A DNA stretch of 64,000 nucleotides from Planctomycetota bacterium (GTDB taxonomy: Bacteria; Planctomycetota; PLA2; JAEUHO01), in assembly GCA_020631815.1 (NCBI GenBank), contig JACKGW010000003.1, positions 175,169 to 239,168 on the forward strand, written 5' to 3'. This document shows positions 34,736-44,133 of this stretch, piece after piece; positions within the stretch are counted from its first letter, which is position 1, and every line of letters starts with the position of its first letter. A model generated the notes under the pieces. It had not been told where the DNA came from and did no database searches. It saw only the letters and a program-made list of their open reading frames with translations. A program made the position numbers and the translations under genes.

Positions 34736-36370
34736 TCAGTCCCCGGTGTCGTAGCCGGCTTCGCGCAGCAGCTTCTTGGCCGCCGCGATGGCCTTCGCGT
34801 GGCCCTCGGGGGTGGAGTGATCGGCCACGGGCTGCAGGGCGGCGTTGTGGCCGAACACCGTCGGCGGGACGGGGCTCGTGGCTTCCTGCGCCACCCCCTG
34901 ATACGCCGCGCGCACGATGCGGGTCTTGTCGATGGCCAGCTGCACGGCCTGGCGCACGCGCACGTCGTCAAACGGCGCCTTCGTCGTGTTCATCGCCAGG
35001 TAGGCCATGTTGAGGCCGGGCTCACGCACCACGACGATGTCGGAGGCCGCCTCGAGCGGGTCCAAGGTCTGTGGCGCGATGTTGTCGATGAGGTCGGCCT
35101 GCTCGGCCGAGAGCAAGCGGCGGCTGCGCACCGTGGGATCGGCCGAGACGAGGAAGCGCACGGTCTCGAGCGCAGGCTTGCCCCCCCACCAGTCGTCGTT
35201 GCGCTCCAAGCGGATCTCGACGCCCGGGTCCCACGACGTGAAGCGGAAGGGGCCCGTCCCCACGGGGCTACGGCGTGCCGCCTGCGGTCCCTGGTCCAGG
35301 TTGGCGGGGCTGGGGATGGACGTGTTGAACGCCGCGAGCATGGCCAAGAAGAACGGCGGGGCGGGCTCGGTCAGGCGGAACACGACGTCGAGTGGGCCCT
35401 CGCCCGGCTCGACTCGTTCGACGAAGCCGAACAGGTCCTTCCAGTAGGCGAACTCGGCGTCGTCGTAGTGGTGCGGGTGCGTAGGGTCGCGCTGACGCTC
35501 GAACGCGTTGACAACGGCGGCGCCATCGCAGGGCGTTCCGTCGTGGAAGCGCACGCCGTCGCGGATGTGGAACGTCCAGAGGGTGCGCGCTTCGTCGTGA
35601 TCCCAGGAGGCGGCGAGCGACGGCTCGACCTCGATGCTGCCGGGCTTGAAGCGCAGCAGCGTGTCGTACACCTGCTCGATGACCTTGCTGCTCTCGCCGT
35701 CCGTGGAGTCACCGGGGTCCAGCTTGACGCTGTCGGCGCCGCGCAAGTACACGAGCGTGCCGTCCTTCGGGCTCGGCACCGAGCGCAGCTGCGGGTGGTT
35801 CACCGGCTCCACCCCGATCTGTCCGAAGGGCGTGCGGAACGCGATCATCTTCTCGCCGTAGACCAGGGGCACCATCGGCGCGTCGCGCAGGATCAGCTGC
35901 TGGGCCTTCGCGTAGAGGCGCTCGCGCTCGGGCGCGTCGTCGGTGCGGCGGGCCTTGATCAACAGCTCGTGGACTTCCTCCGACGTGTAGAAGGAGATGT
36001 TGTTGGCGGAGCCGAGGCGCGCGTTGTCCTTGTCGAGCAGGACGTAGAGGAAGTTGTCGGCGTCGGGCACGTCGGCTGACCAGCCGAGCAAGGCCATCTG
36101 GTGGCGACCGTTCTGGACGGCCTCGAGATAGCTCGACCACTCCTCGGGGCGCACCTCCACCTCGAAGCCGATCTCTTCCAGCGAGGCGGCGACCTGCTTG
36201 GCCACGTCGACGGGCCACGGCATGTAGGGGCGGCTGTTGTTGCCGTGCTGCAGGACGACCTTGAGGTGCTTGCCCCCGTCCTCGCCGCAGCCGACCAAGG
36301 GCAGGGCCAGCGCGAGCAGGGCCACGAGGCCCAGCCATCCGGCCCTGGAGTCGACGGAGCGTGCGTGCAT
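34736..36370 (-). CDS. ABC transporter substrate-binding lipoprotein, family 5 (DppA/OppA/NikA-like), apparently circularly permuted
   Basis: Start at ATG 36370 gives MHARSVDSRAGWLGLVALLALALPLVGC-GEDGG (lipobox). Residues ~35-197 align by eye to the C-terminal third of E. coli DppA. Residues ~203-544 align to DppA residues ~1-355. The track ORF is over-extended to 37195. Confidence 0.8.
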   Translation of the reverse strand: MHARSVDSRAGWLGLVALLALALPLVGCGEDGGKHLKVVLQHGNNSRPYMPWPVDVAKQVAASLEEIGFEVEVRPEEWSSYLEAVQNGRHQMALLGWSADVPDADNFLYVLLDKDNARLGSANNISFYTSEEVHELLIKARRTDDAPERERLYAKAQQLILRDAPMVPLVYGEKMIAFRTPFGQIGVEPVNHPQLRSVPSPKDGTLVYLRGADSVKLDPGDSTDGESSKVIEQVYDTLLRFKPGSIEVEPSLAASWDHDEARTLWTFHIRDGVRFHDGTPCDGAAVVNAFERQRDPTHPHHYDDAEFAYWKDLFGFVERVEPGEGPLDVVFRLTEPAPPFFLAMLAAFNTSIPSPANLDQGPQAARRSPVGTGPFRFTSWDPGVEIRLERNDDWWGGKPALETVRFLVSADPTVRSRRLLSAEQADLIDNIAPQTLDPLEAASDIVVVREPGLNMAYLAMNTTKAPFDDVRVRQAVQLAIDKTRIVRAAYQGVAQEATSPVPPTVFGHNAALQPVADHSTPEGHAKAIAAAKKLLREAGYDTGD

Positions 36371-36413
36371 CGGGCCGGCCCTCCCGCCCGCGGCATCGCG
36401 GGCGCGGCGGATC

Positions 36414-37841
36414 CTACCAGCCCAGCGGAACGTCTCCGGCGGGGTCCCCGAGGTGGCCGAGCAGCGTCGCCAGGCGCTCGGCGGGCACGTCGGCCAGCTC
36501 GCGGGCGATTGCCTCCGGACCCGGTGGGCGGTGCGCGCCGATGAACGCGAGCATCTCGGCGGGGCCAGACGTGGCGGGCAGCGCGGCCACGGCCTCGTCG
36601 CCATGCACGAGCGCCAGCACGTCCCGTTGGAACGCGCGGCGGGCCTGCGGTGTGGCCGTGTCGAACAGGTGGCGCATCCGCTGCCACACGACGGGCAAGG
36701 TGCGCCAGCGGGCGCGCGTGACGGCATCGGCCTCGCGGAACCGCTCGCTCCACCACGGCAGAAGCCGCTCGCGCTCGCCCGGCGAGACCCCGCGCGCCGC
36801 GTCGGCCGCCAGCGAGCCCAGGAACGCTGCCATCTCGAGGGCCGCGTCGACGTGCAAGGCGCGCAGCAGGTCGCCGTCGTCGTCGACCAGGACCTGCTCG
36901 GCGCCGTGCCACGCCTCGACGAAGCCCGCCGCGCTGGTGTCGCCCTCGAGGCGCCGAGCGAGGTGCCCGAGGTAGAGCGTGCGGCCAAGCTCCACGCGCT
37001 GCTGGAGCGTGATCGGCGTGGCGTCCGGCCCCTCGGGCGCCTCGAACGCCTCGTGCGCGGCACGCACGGTGTCCCGCACCGTTCGCGGACCACGGACCAG
37101 CTCCAAGCGCAGCGCGCTCTCGATGCGCTCGCGCCACGCCGCGGAAAGCGGGCTGCCCAGGCCCAGCTCGACGAGGCGCATCGTGGCGTCCACATCGCGT
37201 CGCTTCACGGGCTTCTCGTCCTCGAGCACGAGCAGCTCTTCGTCGGCCTTCCGGTCAGGCCGGAAGACGGGCGTGTAGAGGCGCGGCGCGAGCGGCACGA
37301 GGCTCTCGACGAAGTCCCGCACGAGGGCCACGTTGTCGGCGGCGTCGGCGCGGGCCACGCCCCAGGCGAAGGCGTACGACGTCTCGGACGGCGTGAGGAT
37401 GCGCGCGTGGCCGGCCACCTTGTGCCGCTGGGCGAGGGCTTCGATGCGCCCCTCTGCGCCCGGCACGCCCATCGTGCGGAACGTGCGCACGTCGGGCATG
37501 CCGTAGCCGTCGACATCGAGCGTGCGGAACATCGTGTCCACGGCCCGGCGCAGCAGCGACTCCTGGTCGTCGTCGGGCGAGCCGTCGCGCGGGAAGGCGA
37601 TGGCCTGCAGGACGACGAGTCCGTCGGCGGACGTGAGCGTGATGCTCCACTGCCCCGCCGTGGGCGTCTCGACGCGGCGCTTCCAGCCCTCGCCGGGCGG
37701 CGGCGTGACGGTGGCGGGCGCCCCCTTCAGGGCGATCGTGGTCGCGGGCTCGTCGGCGCGAGCCGCCGGCCACGCACCCACGAGGAGCACGGCCAGGAGG
37801 ACGAGGAGACGGGGTGTGCGAGATGCCATCGCCACCAGCAT
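36414..37841 (-). CDS. Hypothetical secreted protein
   Basis: 475-aa ORF with signal peptide MLVAMASRTPRLLVLLAVLLVGAWPAARA-DE. Composition is coding-like. No family recognised. Confidence 0.6.
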   Translation of the reverse strand: MLVAMASRTPRLLVLLAVLLVGAWPAARADEPATTIALKGAPATVTPPPGEGWKRRVETPTAGQWSITLTSADGLVVLQAIAFPRDGSPDDDQESLLRRAVDTMFRTLDVDGYGMPDVRTFRTMGVPGAEGRIEALAQRHKVAGHARILTPSETSYAFAWGVARADAADNVALVRDFVESLVPLAPRLYTPVFRPDRKADEELLVLEDEKPVKRRDVDATMRLVELGLGSPLSAAWRERIESALRLELVRGPRTVRDTVRAAHEAFEAPEGPDATPITLQQRVELGRTLYLGHLARRLEGDTSAAGFVEAWHGAEQVLVDDDGDLLRALHVDAALEMAAFLGSLAADAARGVSPGERERLLPWWSERFREADAVTRARWRTLPVVWQRMRHLFDTATPQARRAFQRDVLALVHGDEAVAALPATSGPAEMLAFIGAHRPPGPEAIARELADVPAERLATLLGHLGDPAGDVPLGW

Positions 37842-37861
37842 GGCACGCGAGCGGGCGCGGG

Positions 37862-38569
37862 TCAGGCTGCGCCGAGGTAGCGGACGGGCAAGGCCGACTC
37901 GCGGACCTCGTCGCCGACGCGCTCCACGCGGAAGGCGCGCGCGGCCGGCCGCGAGGCCACGACCTCGTCCAGGGCCGTGCCGCGGAACACCAAGGCGGCC
38001 CCGTCGTCGGCGGCCACTCCCGCGGGAAAGCCCTCGCTCACCAGGCGGCGGTACGTCGGGCGGCGCTCCGCCTCGCCGTCGTAGTGGGGACAGGCGCTAC
38101 CGGGCAGCAGGCCGAGACCGTCGGGGAGCGCGGCCAGGGGCCCGAAGCTGTCGGTGACGCCGGCCTCGAACCAGCAGATCATCCCGGCGCTGACGCCGCC
38201 CAGGACGATGCCGCGCTGCCACGCCTCGGCGAGGATGCGGTCCACGCCATGCACGCGCCAGATCGCGAGCAGGTTGGCCGTGTTGCCCCCGCCCACGTAG
38301 ATCACGTCCTGCTGCAACAGCGTCGTGGCCAGGTCGGGGCCGGAGCGGTCGAAGAGCGACACGTGGGACGCGCGCACGTCCCGCGCCTGCATCGCCCGGT
38401 GGAACATCGCGATGCCTCGCGCACTGTCGCCCATGGCCGTCCCGAGCCAGGCCACGCGCGGACGGTCGACGCCCGCTTGCGCGAGGAGGTAGTCGTCGAG
38501 CAGCGGGTTGTCCGGCTCCATGAGGAAGCCGCCGCCGCCCAGGGCGACGATCGTGGGGACGCGACTCAC
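37862..38569 (-). CDS. Peptidase E / S51-family (type 1 glutamine amidotransferase-like) protein
   Basis: …IVALGGGGF…, …IYVGGGNTANLL…, and the nucleophile context GGVSAGMICW. Start re-placed to GTG 38569 (GTGA overlap with the der stop). Confidence 0.7.
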   Translation of the reverse strand: MSRVPTIVALGGGGFLMEPDNPLLDDYLLAQAGVDRPRVAWLGTAMGDSARGIAMFHRAMQARDVRASHVSLFDRSGPDLATTLLQQDVIYVGGGNTANLLAIWRVHGVDRILAEAWQRGIVLGGVSAGMICWFEAGVTDSFGPLAALPDGLGLLPGSACPHYDGEAERRPTYRRLVSEGFPAGVAADDGAALVFRGTALDEVVASRPAARAFRVERVGDEVRESALPVRYLGAA

Positions 38570-39939
38570 CGTCCGCCTTCGTTCTTCGACGGCGAGCGGT
38601 CGCGCGCCTTCAAGCGCAACCGGATCGGCACCTCTGAGAACGGCAGGCTCTCGCGGAACCGGTTCTTGAGGAAGCGCAAGTAGTCCGGCTGGAACAGCGA
38701 CGGATCGTTCACGAACAGCAAGAAGGTCGGCGGCGCCACCTCGACCTGGCTCGCGAAGTAGATGCGGCCGAGCTTGCCGGACTGCGGGCGCGGCCGGCGG
38801 CGCTCGGTGGCCGCCTCCAACGCGCGGTTCAGCTCGCCCGTGCCGATGCGCGTGTGGGCCTGCTCGCGCAAGCGCCAAGCGAGGTCGAGGATCTTGTCCA
38901 CGTTGTGGCCGGTGAGCGCACTCGTGTAGATGATCGGCGCGAACGCCAAGCCCGGGAGCACCTTGCCGAGGTAGTCCGTGAACGTGGATGCCTTCAAGTC
39001 GTCGGGCTTCAAATCCCACTTGTTGGCCACGATGATGACGGGGTGGTCGCCCTCCACGGCGTAGCCGGCGATCTTGCGGTCGAGCCGCTCGACGGGCCGG
39101 CTGGCGTCCAGCACGAGCACCGTGACGTCCGCGCGGCGGATGGCCTTCTCGCTGCGGCGCTGGGCGTAGAAGTCGACCGACCCCTGGACCTTGCGCTCCT
39201 TGCGGATACCGGCCGTGTCGATGACCACGACGGCCTTGCCGTCGCGCTCGAAGCGGATGTCGACGCTGTCGCGGGTGGTGCCGGGCACCTCGCTCGTGAT
39301 CATGCGGTCCATGCGCAGCAACGAGTTCACGAGGCTGCTCTTGCCCGCGTTGACACGACCTACGAGGGCGACCTTGAGGTCCGGCGGCGGCAGACGCACG
39401 GGCAGGTCCTGGCCCTCGGGCAGCAGCGCGCCCAGGCGCTCCTCCAGCTCGTCCAGGCTCATGCGCTGCTCGGCGCTGATGGGCAGGGGCTCGCCATAGC
39501 CCAGCGCCGCGAAGTCGGCGCGGTTCCACTCGGTGCGATCGGACTCGGCCTTGTTGGCGACGAAGATCACGCGGTCGGACGCGCGGCGCAGCATGCCGGC
39601 CACGCGCTCGTCGAGCGGCGTCCTGCCCTCACGCGCGTCCACCACGAAGATCAGCGCCGCGGCGTTCGCGACCGCCTCGCGCACCTGGGCCTCGACGTGC
39701 TCGTCCAGGCCTTGCCGGTCGACGATTCCGACGCCGCCCGTGTCCACCAGCTCGACCGTGCGCTCGGCGAGGGTGCAGAGCACCCCCACCCGGTCGCGCG
39801 TCACGCCCGGGGTCGGTTCCACGATGGCCACACGGGTGCGGCAGAGGGCGTTGAGCAGGGTGGACTTGCCCACGTTGGGGCGGCCCACGATCGCCACCTG
39901 CGGCACGGCCGGGGCCGCAGCGTCTTCGTCAGCGGCCAT
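38566..39939 (-). CDS. der: Ribosome biogenesis GTPase Der (EngA), tandem GTPase domains
   Basis: Two G domains, each with a G1 motif (GRPNVGKSTLLN and GRVNAGKSSLVN) and DTGG/DTAG G3 motifs, plus a KH-like C-terminus. Start at ATG 39939. Confidence 0.9.
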   Translation of the reverse strand: MAADEDAAAPAVPQVAIVGRPNVGKSTLLNALCRTRVAIVEPTPGVTRDRVGVLCTLAERTVELVDTGGVGIVDRQGLDEHVEAQVREAVANAAALIFVVDAREGRTPLDERVAGMLRRASDRVIFVANKAESDRTEWNRADFAALGYGEPLPISAEQRMSLDELEERLGALLPEGQDLPVRLPPPDLKVALVGRVNAGKSSLVNSLLRMDRMITSEVPGTTRDSVDIRFERDGKAVVVIDTAGIRKERKVQGSVDFYAQRRSEKAIRRADVTVLVLDASRPVERLDRKIAGYAVEGDHPVIIVANKWDLKPDDLKASTFTDYLGKVLPGLAFAPIIYTSALTGHNVDKILDLAWRLREQAHTRIGTGELNRALEAATERRRPRPQSGKLGRIYFASQVEVAPPTFLLFVNDPSLFQPDYLRFLKNRFRESLPFSEVPIRLRLKARDRSPSKNEGGR

Positions 39940-40158
39940 GCCCGGCAAGGTAGCCGGGCCGGGCCGACACCCCGCTTCGGGACGAGGCGTTGCGCCGTGG
40001 TGCCTGGCTCGCGGTGGCGGAGCGCAGCGACGCCGGCCGTGTGCCAGGCTCCGCGGGGGGACGTCCCCATCGTGCGTGGCCCGGGCCTGCGAAAACGAGG
40101 GAGCCTGACAGCGCCCGCGCGAGGCTGACACCCATCCCCGGGAGCCGCTACCGGCGGC

Positions 40159-41454
40159 TCAGTCGCCGAGGTTGAACTGGGACTTGAGACGGCGAATGGT
40201 GTTCTCGGAGAGCTGGGTGCGGTCGATCAGCCAGCGCACCGCCTCGGGCGTCGGTGCGGCCTCGCCGCGCATCTGGTAGGTCAGCTGGGCCACGGCCTCG
40301 GCGGCCTGTACGCTCTGCAGGGCCGCCCGCTCCAAGAAGGGCTGCCCGGCCTTCCACGTGGGACGTCCGGTGCGCTGCAGGTACTGGTTCAGGAACCACG
40401 CCTGGGGTTCCGCGCTCCCGCCGTAGGCCGCGACCAACGCGTCGTCCAAGCGCTCGATCTGGCGACCGTCGAGCGCGGGCAGCCGCTGCATGACCTGGAA
40501 GAGGGTGTAGTCCTGCTGCAGCGCGAGGGGCTGGAGCACCAACAGCGGGTCGACCTGGGCCCAGGCCTCCTGCGGGATCAGCGGCATGAGAGCCATCAGC
40601 TCCTCGCGGCCCAGGTCGCCTTGCTTCAGCTTGGCGACGGCCTCCTCGACGGACATCGGTGGCGACCACGCGATGAGAAGCCGCTGGATGTCCCGCCGCC
40701 GCTTGCGAACGGCGTCGGGCTGCTGGTCCTCGGGCGTGTCGATGATCTTCTTGGCGTACGCGCGGAAGCGTTCCATCTGCGCATCGGACGCAACGGCCGG
40801 CAGCATGTACCCCATGCCCTTGGTGATGGCCTCGAAGGGATCGTCGTCGAGCTCGGCAAAGAACCCAGGATCGTCTGCCGCCTGCTGGAAGTAGGTCTCG
40901 GTCAGCGCGACAGCGTCCGTGTCGTGCTCCACGGCGTACTTGATCAGCGGGTAGAGATGCTTGGCAACGCGGGGGCCATCGTCGTGGAACAGGCGCTCGA
41001 TGTGGGGCTTGAGCTCTTCTTGCCTCTCCTTCGTCCCGAGCTTGCCCATGAACTCGAGGATCTCGAGCTGTCCCTCATGGCCCTTGGCGAGCTTGGTGTG
41101 GAACCAGCGCAGCACCTGGTGGATCAGCTCCTCGGGCGTCTTGGCACCCGCGAAGTCGATCGTGTCCAGCGGCGTGAGCTCGAGCTCGCCGCGAGCGCCG
41201 AGCACGAGGAGGTTGCTCACGCCCGCGCTGGAGGCCGCTGCGCCGGCACCGGCCCCCGGGATGCCCTCCAAGGACGGCCCCCGCGACGCCAGCTGCTGAC
41301 TCAGCCGACGGTTCTCGGCCAGCAGCTCCTGCACGCGGACCTCGGCGGGCGTCTGGATCTCCGCGCCGCCAGGACGCGCACTCTCGCGACCCAGCCACCA
41401 CCCCCCGGCGCCGGCCACGATGGCCAAAACGCCGGCAACGATCGTTCCCTGCAT
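40159..41454 (-). CDS. Hypothetical membrane-anchored protein
   Basis: Start at ATG 41454 gives MQGTIVAGVLAIVAGAGGWWLG (TM), followed by a coiled/helical soluble region. No family recognised. The track ORF is over-extended to 42099. Confidence 0.55.
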   Translation of the reverse strand: MQGTIVAGVLAIVAGAGGWWLGRESARPGGAEIQTPAEVRVQELLAENRRLSQQLASRGPSLEGIPGAGAGAAASSAGVSNLLVLGARGELELTPLDTIDFAGAKTPEELIHQVLRWFHTKLAKGHEGQLEILEFMGKLGTKERQEELKPHIERLFHDDGPRVAKHLYPLIKYAVEHDTDAVALTETYFQQAADDPGFFAELDDDPFEAITKGMGYMLPAVASDAQMERFRAYAKKIIDTPEDQQPDAVRKRRRDIQRLLIAWSPPMSVEEAVAKLKQGDLGREELMALMPLIPQEAWAQVDPLLVLQPLALQQDYTLFQVMQRLPALDGRQIERLDDALVAAYGGSAEPQAWFLNQYLQRTGRPTWKAGQPFLERAALQSVQAAEAVAQLTYQMRGEAAPTPEAVRWLIDRTQLSENTIRRLKSQFNLGD

Positions 41455-41495
41455 GTCGCTCTCTCTCTCTTCCCGCGGCGACGGACTCGTACAGC

Positions 41496-42257
41496 CTACG
41501 GGGAGGAGGGGCCCTCTGCCCGGGCTCCGGGGCGGCGGGCGGTGACCAGGATGGCCGTGCGCCAGGAGAGCTTGTGCATGCGTACGTCCACCCAGCCCCG
41601 CGCCTCCAGGGCCTTGGGGTAGGTGCGATGCCACTTGGACTGCTCGATGAGCTGCTCCAGGTTCTCGTCGAAGCAGACCTTCCAGGCGGGCCAGATCTTG
41701 GGTCCGAGCCAGCCGATCAGCCGCATCCAGCGCCGCCAGAGAAAGCGCGCGCCGCCACGCGGGAAGGCGAAGTCGTGGAAGGCGAGGACGGTGCCCGGCT
41801 CGACGTGGGGTGCGAGGCGGTCGAGCAACACGTCCGGGTCGACGTACTTCGGGATGTAGCTGGAGACGACCACGTCGAAGGTGCCCTCCAGCTGCATCTC
41901 TTCGGCGTTGGCATGCACGAACGTCACGTCGGCATCGGTGGCCGCCATGCGCTGGCGCGCGACCTCGATGTAGTCGGCGGTGAAGTCGACGCCCACGAGC
42001 TGGGCGTTCGGCGCGCGGCGGTGCAGCCCCCCGAGCACGATGCCCGTCCCGCAGGCGAGATCGAGAATACGGTGCGCGTCGGTGGGCACCTGGGCCCACA
42101 GGCGCTTCTTCCAGCGCTTGTCGAGCCCCAAGGTGGTCCAGGCCACGACACGGTCGTACGTCGCGCCGGTGCCCTTGAAGAACTTCTCCGACACCTCTTC
42201 GCGCAACGCACGCGTGCGCATGGAGACGTCGACGGCCTCGCGATCGTGCTCGCTCAT
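41496..42257 (-). CDS. Class I SAM-dependent methyltransferase (UbiE/MenG-like)
   Basis: Motif I ILDLACGTGIVLGGL, then …VGVDFTADYIEVAR…. ATG 42257 forms an ATGA overlap with the queE stop. Confidence 0.7.
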   Translation of the reverse strand: MSEHDREAVDVSMRTRALREEVSEKFFKGTGATYDRVVAWTTLGLDKRWKKRLWAQVPTDAHRILDLACGTGIVLGGLHRRAPNAQLVGVDFTADYIEVARQRMAATDADVTFVHANAEEMQLEGTFDVVVSSYIPKYVDPDVLLDRLAPHVEPGTVLAFHDFAFPRGGARFLWRRWMRLIGWLGPKIWPAWKVCFDENLEQLIEQSKWHRTYPKALEARGWVDVRMHKLSWRTAILVTARRPGARAEGPSSP

Positions 42258-43030
42258 CGCACCCCCAGCAGGGGATGGACCTGGGGGATCACCCGTACGT
42301 CGCGGTGGTGATGGGCCGCTGCGCGCTGCAAGCGCAGGAGGTGCGACGCACTCGGTCGTGCGATGCCGTCCCCGCGCGGCGTCACCGGCTGCAGGACAAA
42401 CGGCACCGACGGCAGGTGCCGGCACGCATGGCGCGCCGCGGCCGCGACTTCGTCGGCTGGCGTGGTCGCGACGACGATGGCCTTCACGCAGACACCCTTG
42501 CCCGCGGCCTCCAGCAGGTCGTACGTCTCGGCGTGTGCGTCCCAGGGCGTGGGCTCGCCCGTCGCGCTCTCGAGCTTCAAGTCCGGCGTGACGCGATCGA
42601 CGGCGTCGAGCACGTGGCGGAGGGCACCGGGGCGGTGGCCGCCGGTCTCGATGTGCACGGCGAGGCCTGCCGCCTGCAGCCCCTCCGCGAGCGCGCGTAC
42701 GGCCGCCGGGTGCAGCAACGGCTCGCCGCCGGTGATCGAGACCGCCGCGTGCAGTCCGCGCGGGTCGTCCAGCGCGAGCACGGCGCCCAGCAGGGCGTCC
42801 ACGCCCAGCGGGTTCTTGAGCTGCTCCTCACGCGGACCGCCCGGGCTGGTCTCCACGCGCGCCACACGCGGAGCGGGGAAGCTCTCCGGCGTGTCGCAGA
42901 AGGCGCAGCGCAGGTCGCAACCGGCGAGCCGCACGAACACCTGGCGCTCCCCCACACGCGGGCCCTCGCCCTGCACGCTGGAGAACACCTCGATCACGGG
43001 CACCTTCAGGCCGACACCGGTGGTGGTCAT
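42254..43030 (-). CDS. queE: 7-carboxy-7-deazaguanine synthase (radical SAM)
   Basis: …IEVFSSVQGEGPRVGERQVFVRLAGCDLRCAFCDT… (CX3CX2C cluster motif), …SITGGEPLL…. Start at ATG 43030 (MTTTGVGLKVPV). Confidence 0.8.
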   Translation of the reverse strand: MTTTGVGLKVPVIEVFSSVQGEGPRVGERQVFVRLAGCDLRCAFCDTPESFPAPRVARVETSPGGPREEQLKNPLGVDALLGAVLALDDPRGLHAAVSITGGEPLLHPAAVRALAEGLQAAGLAVHIETGGHRPGALRHVLDAVDRVTPDLKLESATGEPTPWDAHAETYDLLEAAGKGVCVKAIVVATTPADEVAAAARHACRHLPSVPFVLQPVTPRGDGIARPSASHLLRLQRAAAHHHRDVRVIPQVHPLLGVR

Positions 43031-44133
43031 GCGTCCTCCGCGAGCCGCGCGACTTCTTCGAAGCCGGCGTCTTCGGGGCGTGTCGCTTCGCGCACGCGCG
43101 GCGCGGCGCGCAACACGTGGACGGGCACGTGGTCGCGCTCCCGCCGCGTGAGCAGGTACACGGCGGAGCGTGCGCAGACGACGCGGGAGACGAAGTCGGC
43201 CAGCACGTAGAGCACGTAGCCCGCCAGGACGGCCAGCGCCACGGCCGCCGCGAGGTGATCGCCGAACCCGAGGCCGAGCCGATCGGCGTCCGGCGGTGTG
43301 CCACCCGCGGCAAGCACGGCGCGCGCCCGGGCCCAAGCCTCGGGTGCGCCCGCGGACAGCGCCGCGTGCCCGAACAGCAGGGCGAGCAGACCACGCAGCG
43401 CACGCACGGCGCTGCCGAGCAGGACGCCGACAAAGAACCACGCCCTACGCACGAGGAGCATGGGCAACCCATCGAGCGTGTACCCGTAGGCGCGCGTGAC
43501 GGCGTCGAACGCATCGGCGCCTTCGGCCGCCACGAGGGGCCCCGTGAGGAAGCCTCCGAAGGCGCCGCCGAGAGCCACGAGTGCGGCGAGGATCGCCAGC
43601 GCACCGCCGACGGCAACGGCCACCGCGAGGCCGATGCCGCCCAGCGCACCCGGCAGCCTCCCCGCCAGCGCGAGCGCGCCGATGGCCAGGATCGGCACGA
43701 TGACGCCAGCCACGTACGCCATGCGTGCGCCGTAGAACGCGCGCAGGTGCCTGCGTGCGAAGCGGCGTGCGTCGGCGCCGCTCTCGCGCGGCGCGCCGGC
43801 CAGGTCCACGATCGCCAGCCGGTGCAGCTCGCCGCCGAAGCGCGCGGCCACCAGCAGCAGCACGACCGCGTGCGCGAGGAGCTGGAGGCCGAGCGCGAGA
43901 TCGCGGTCCTCGAGCCAGGCTCCGCGCAGAGGTCCGAGCACCAGCTCGACGGGGCGCGTCCACGGCACGTCGGCGAGCGCTTCGCCGCCGACGAGGCGCG
44001 CCACGACGGCCACGCCGACGGCGGCGGCCATGCCGATCACGAGCCCGAGGGCGGCGACGACGCGCTTGCGCACGTCATGGCCTTCACGCCGGGCGGCGTG
44101 CCAGAGGTCAGCGGAGGTGGGCGGCGTGGTCAT
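43027..44133 (-). CDS. Hypothetical polytopic membrane protein
   Basis: Multiple Ala/Leu/Val/Gly-rich TM segments. The stop overlaps the queE ATG (ATGA). Start is uncertain: ATG 44133 or the track start at 44199. Confidence 0.55.
   Translation of the reverse strand: MTTPPTSADLWHAARREGHDVRKRVVAALGLVIGMAAAVGVAVVARLVGGEALADVPWTRPVELVLGPLRGAWLEDRDLALGLQLLAHAVVLLLVAARFGGELHRLAIVDLAGAPRESGADARRFARRHLRAFYGARMAYVAGVIVPILAIGALALAGRLPGALGGIGLAVAVAVGGALAILAALVALGGAFGGFLTGPLVAAEGADAFDAVTRAYGYTLDGLPMLLVRRAWFFVGVLLGSAVRALRGLLALLFGHAALSAGAPEAWARARAVLAAGGTPPDADRLGLGFGDHLAAAVALAVLAGYVLYVLADFVSRVVCARSAVYLLTRRERDHVPVHVLRAAPRVREATRPEDAGFEEVARLAEDA

Noticed and set aside
41459-41470. (CT)6 dinucleotide repeat 4 nt upstream of the 41454 start codon, read as (AG)6 on the coding strand
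   Set aside because: It most simply acts as a purine-rich Shine-Dalgarno region. Six units is short for a slippage switch, and I have no evidence of length variation.
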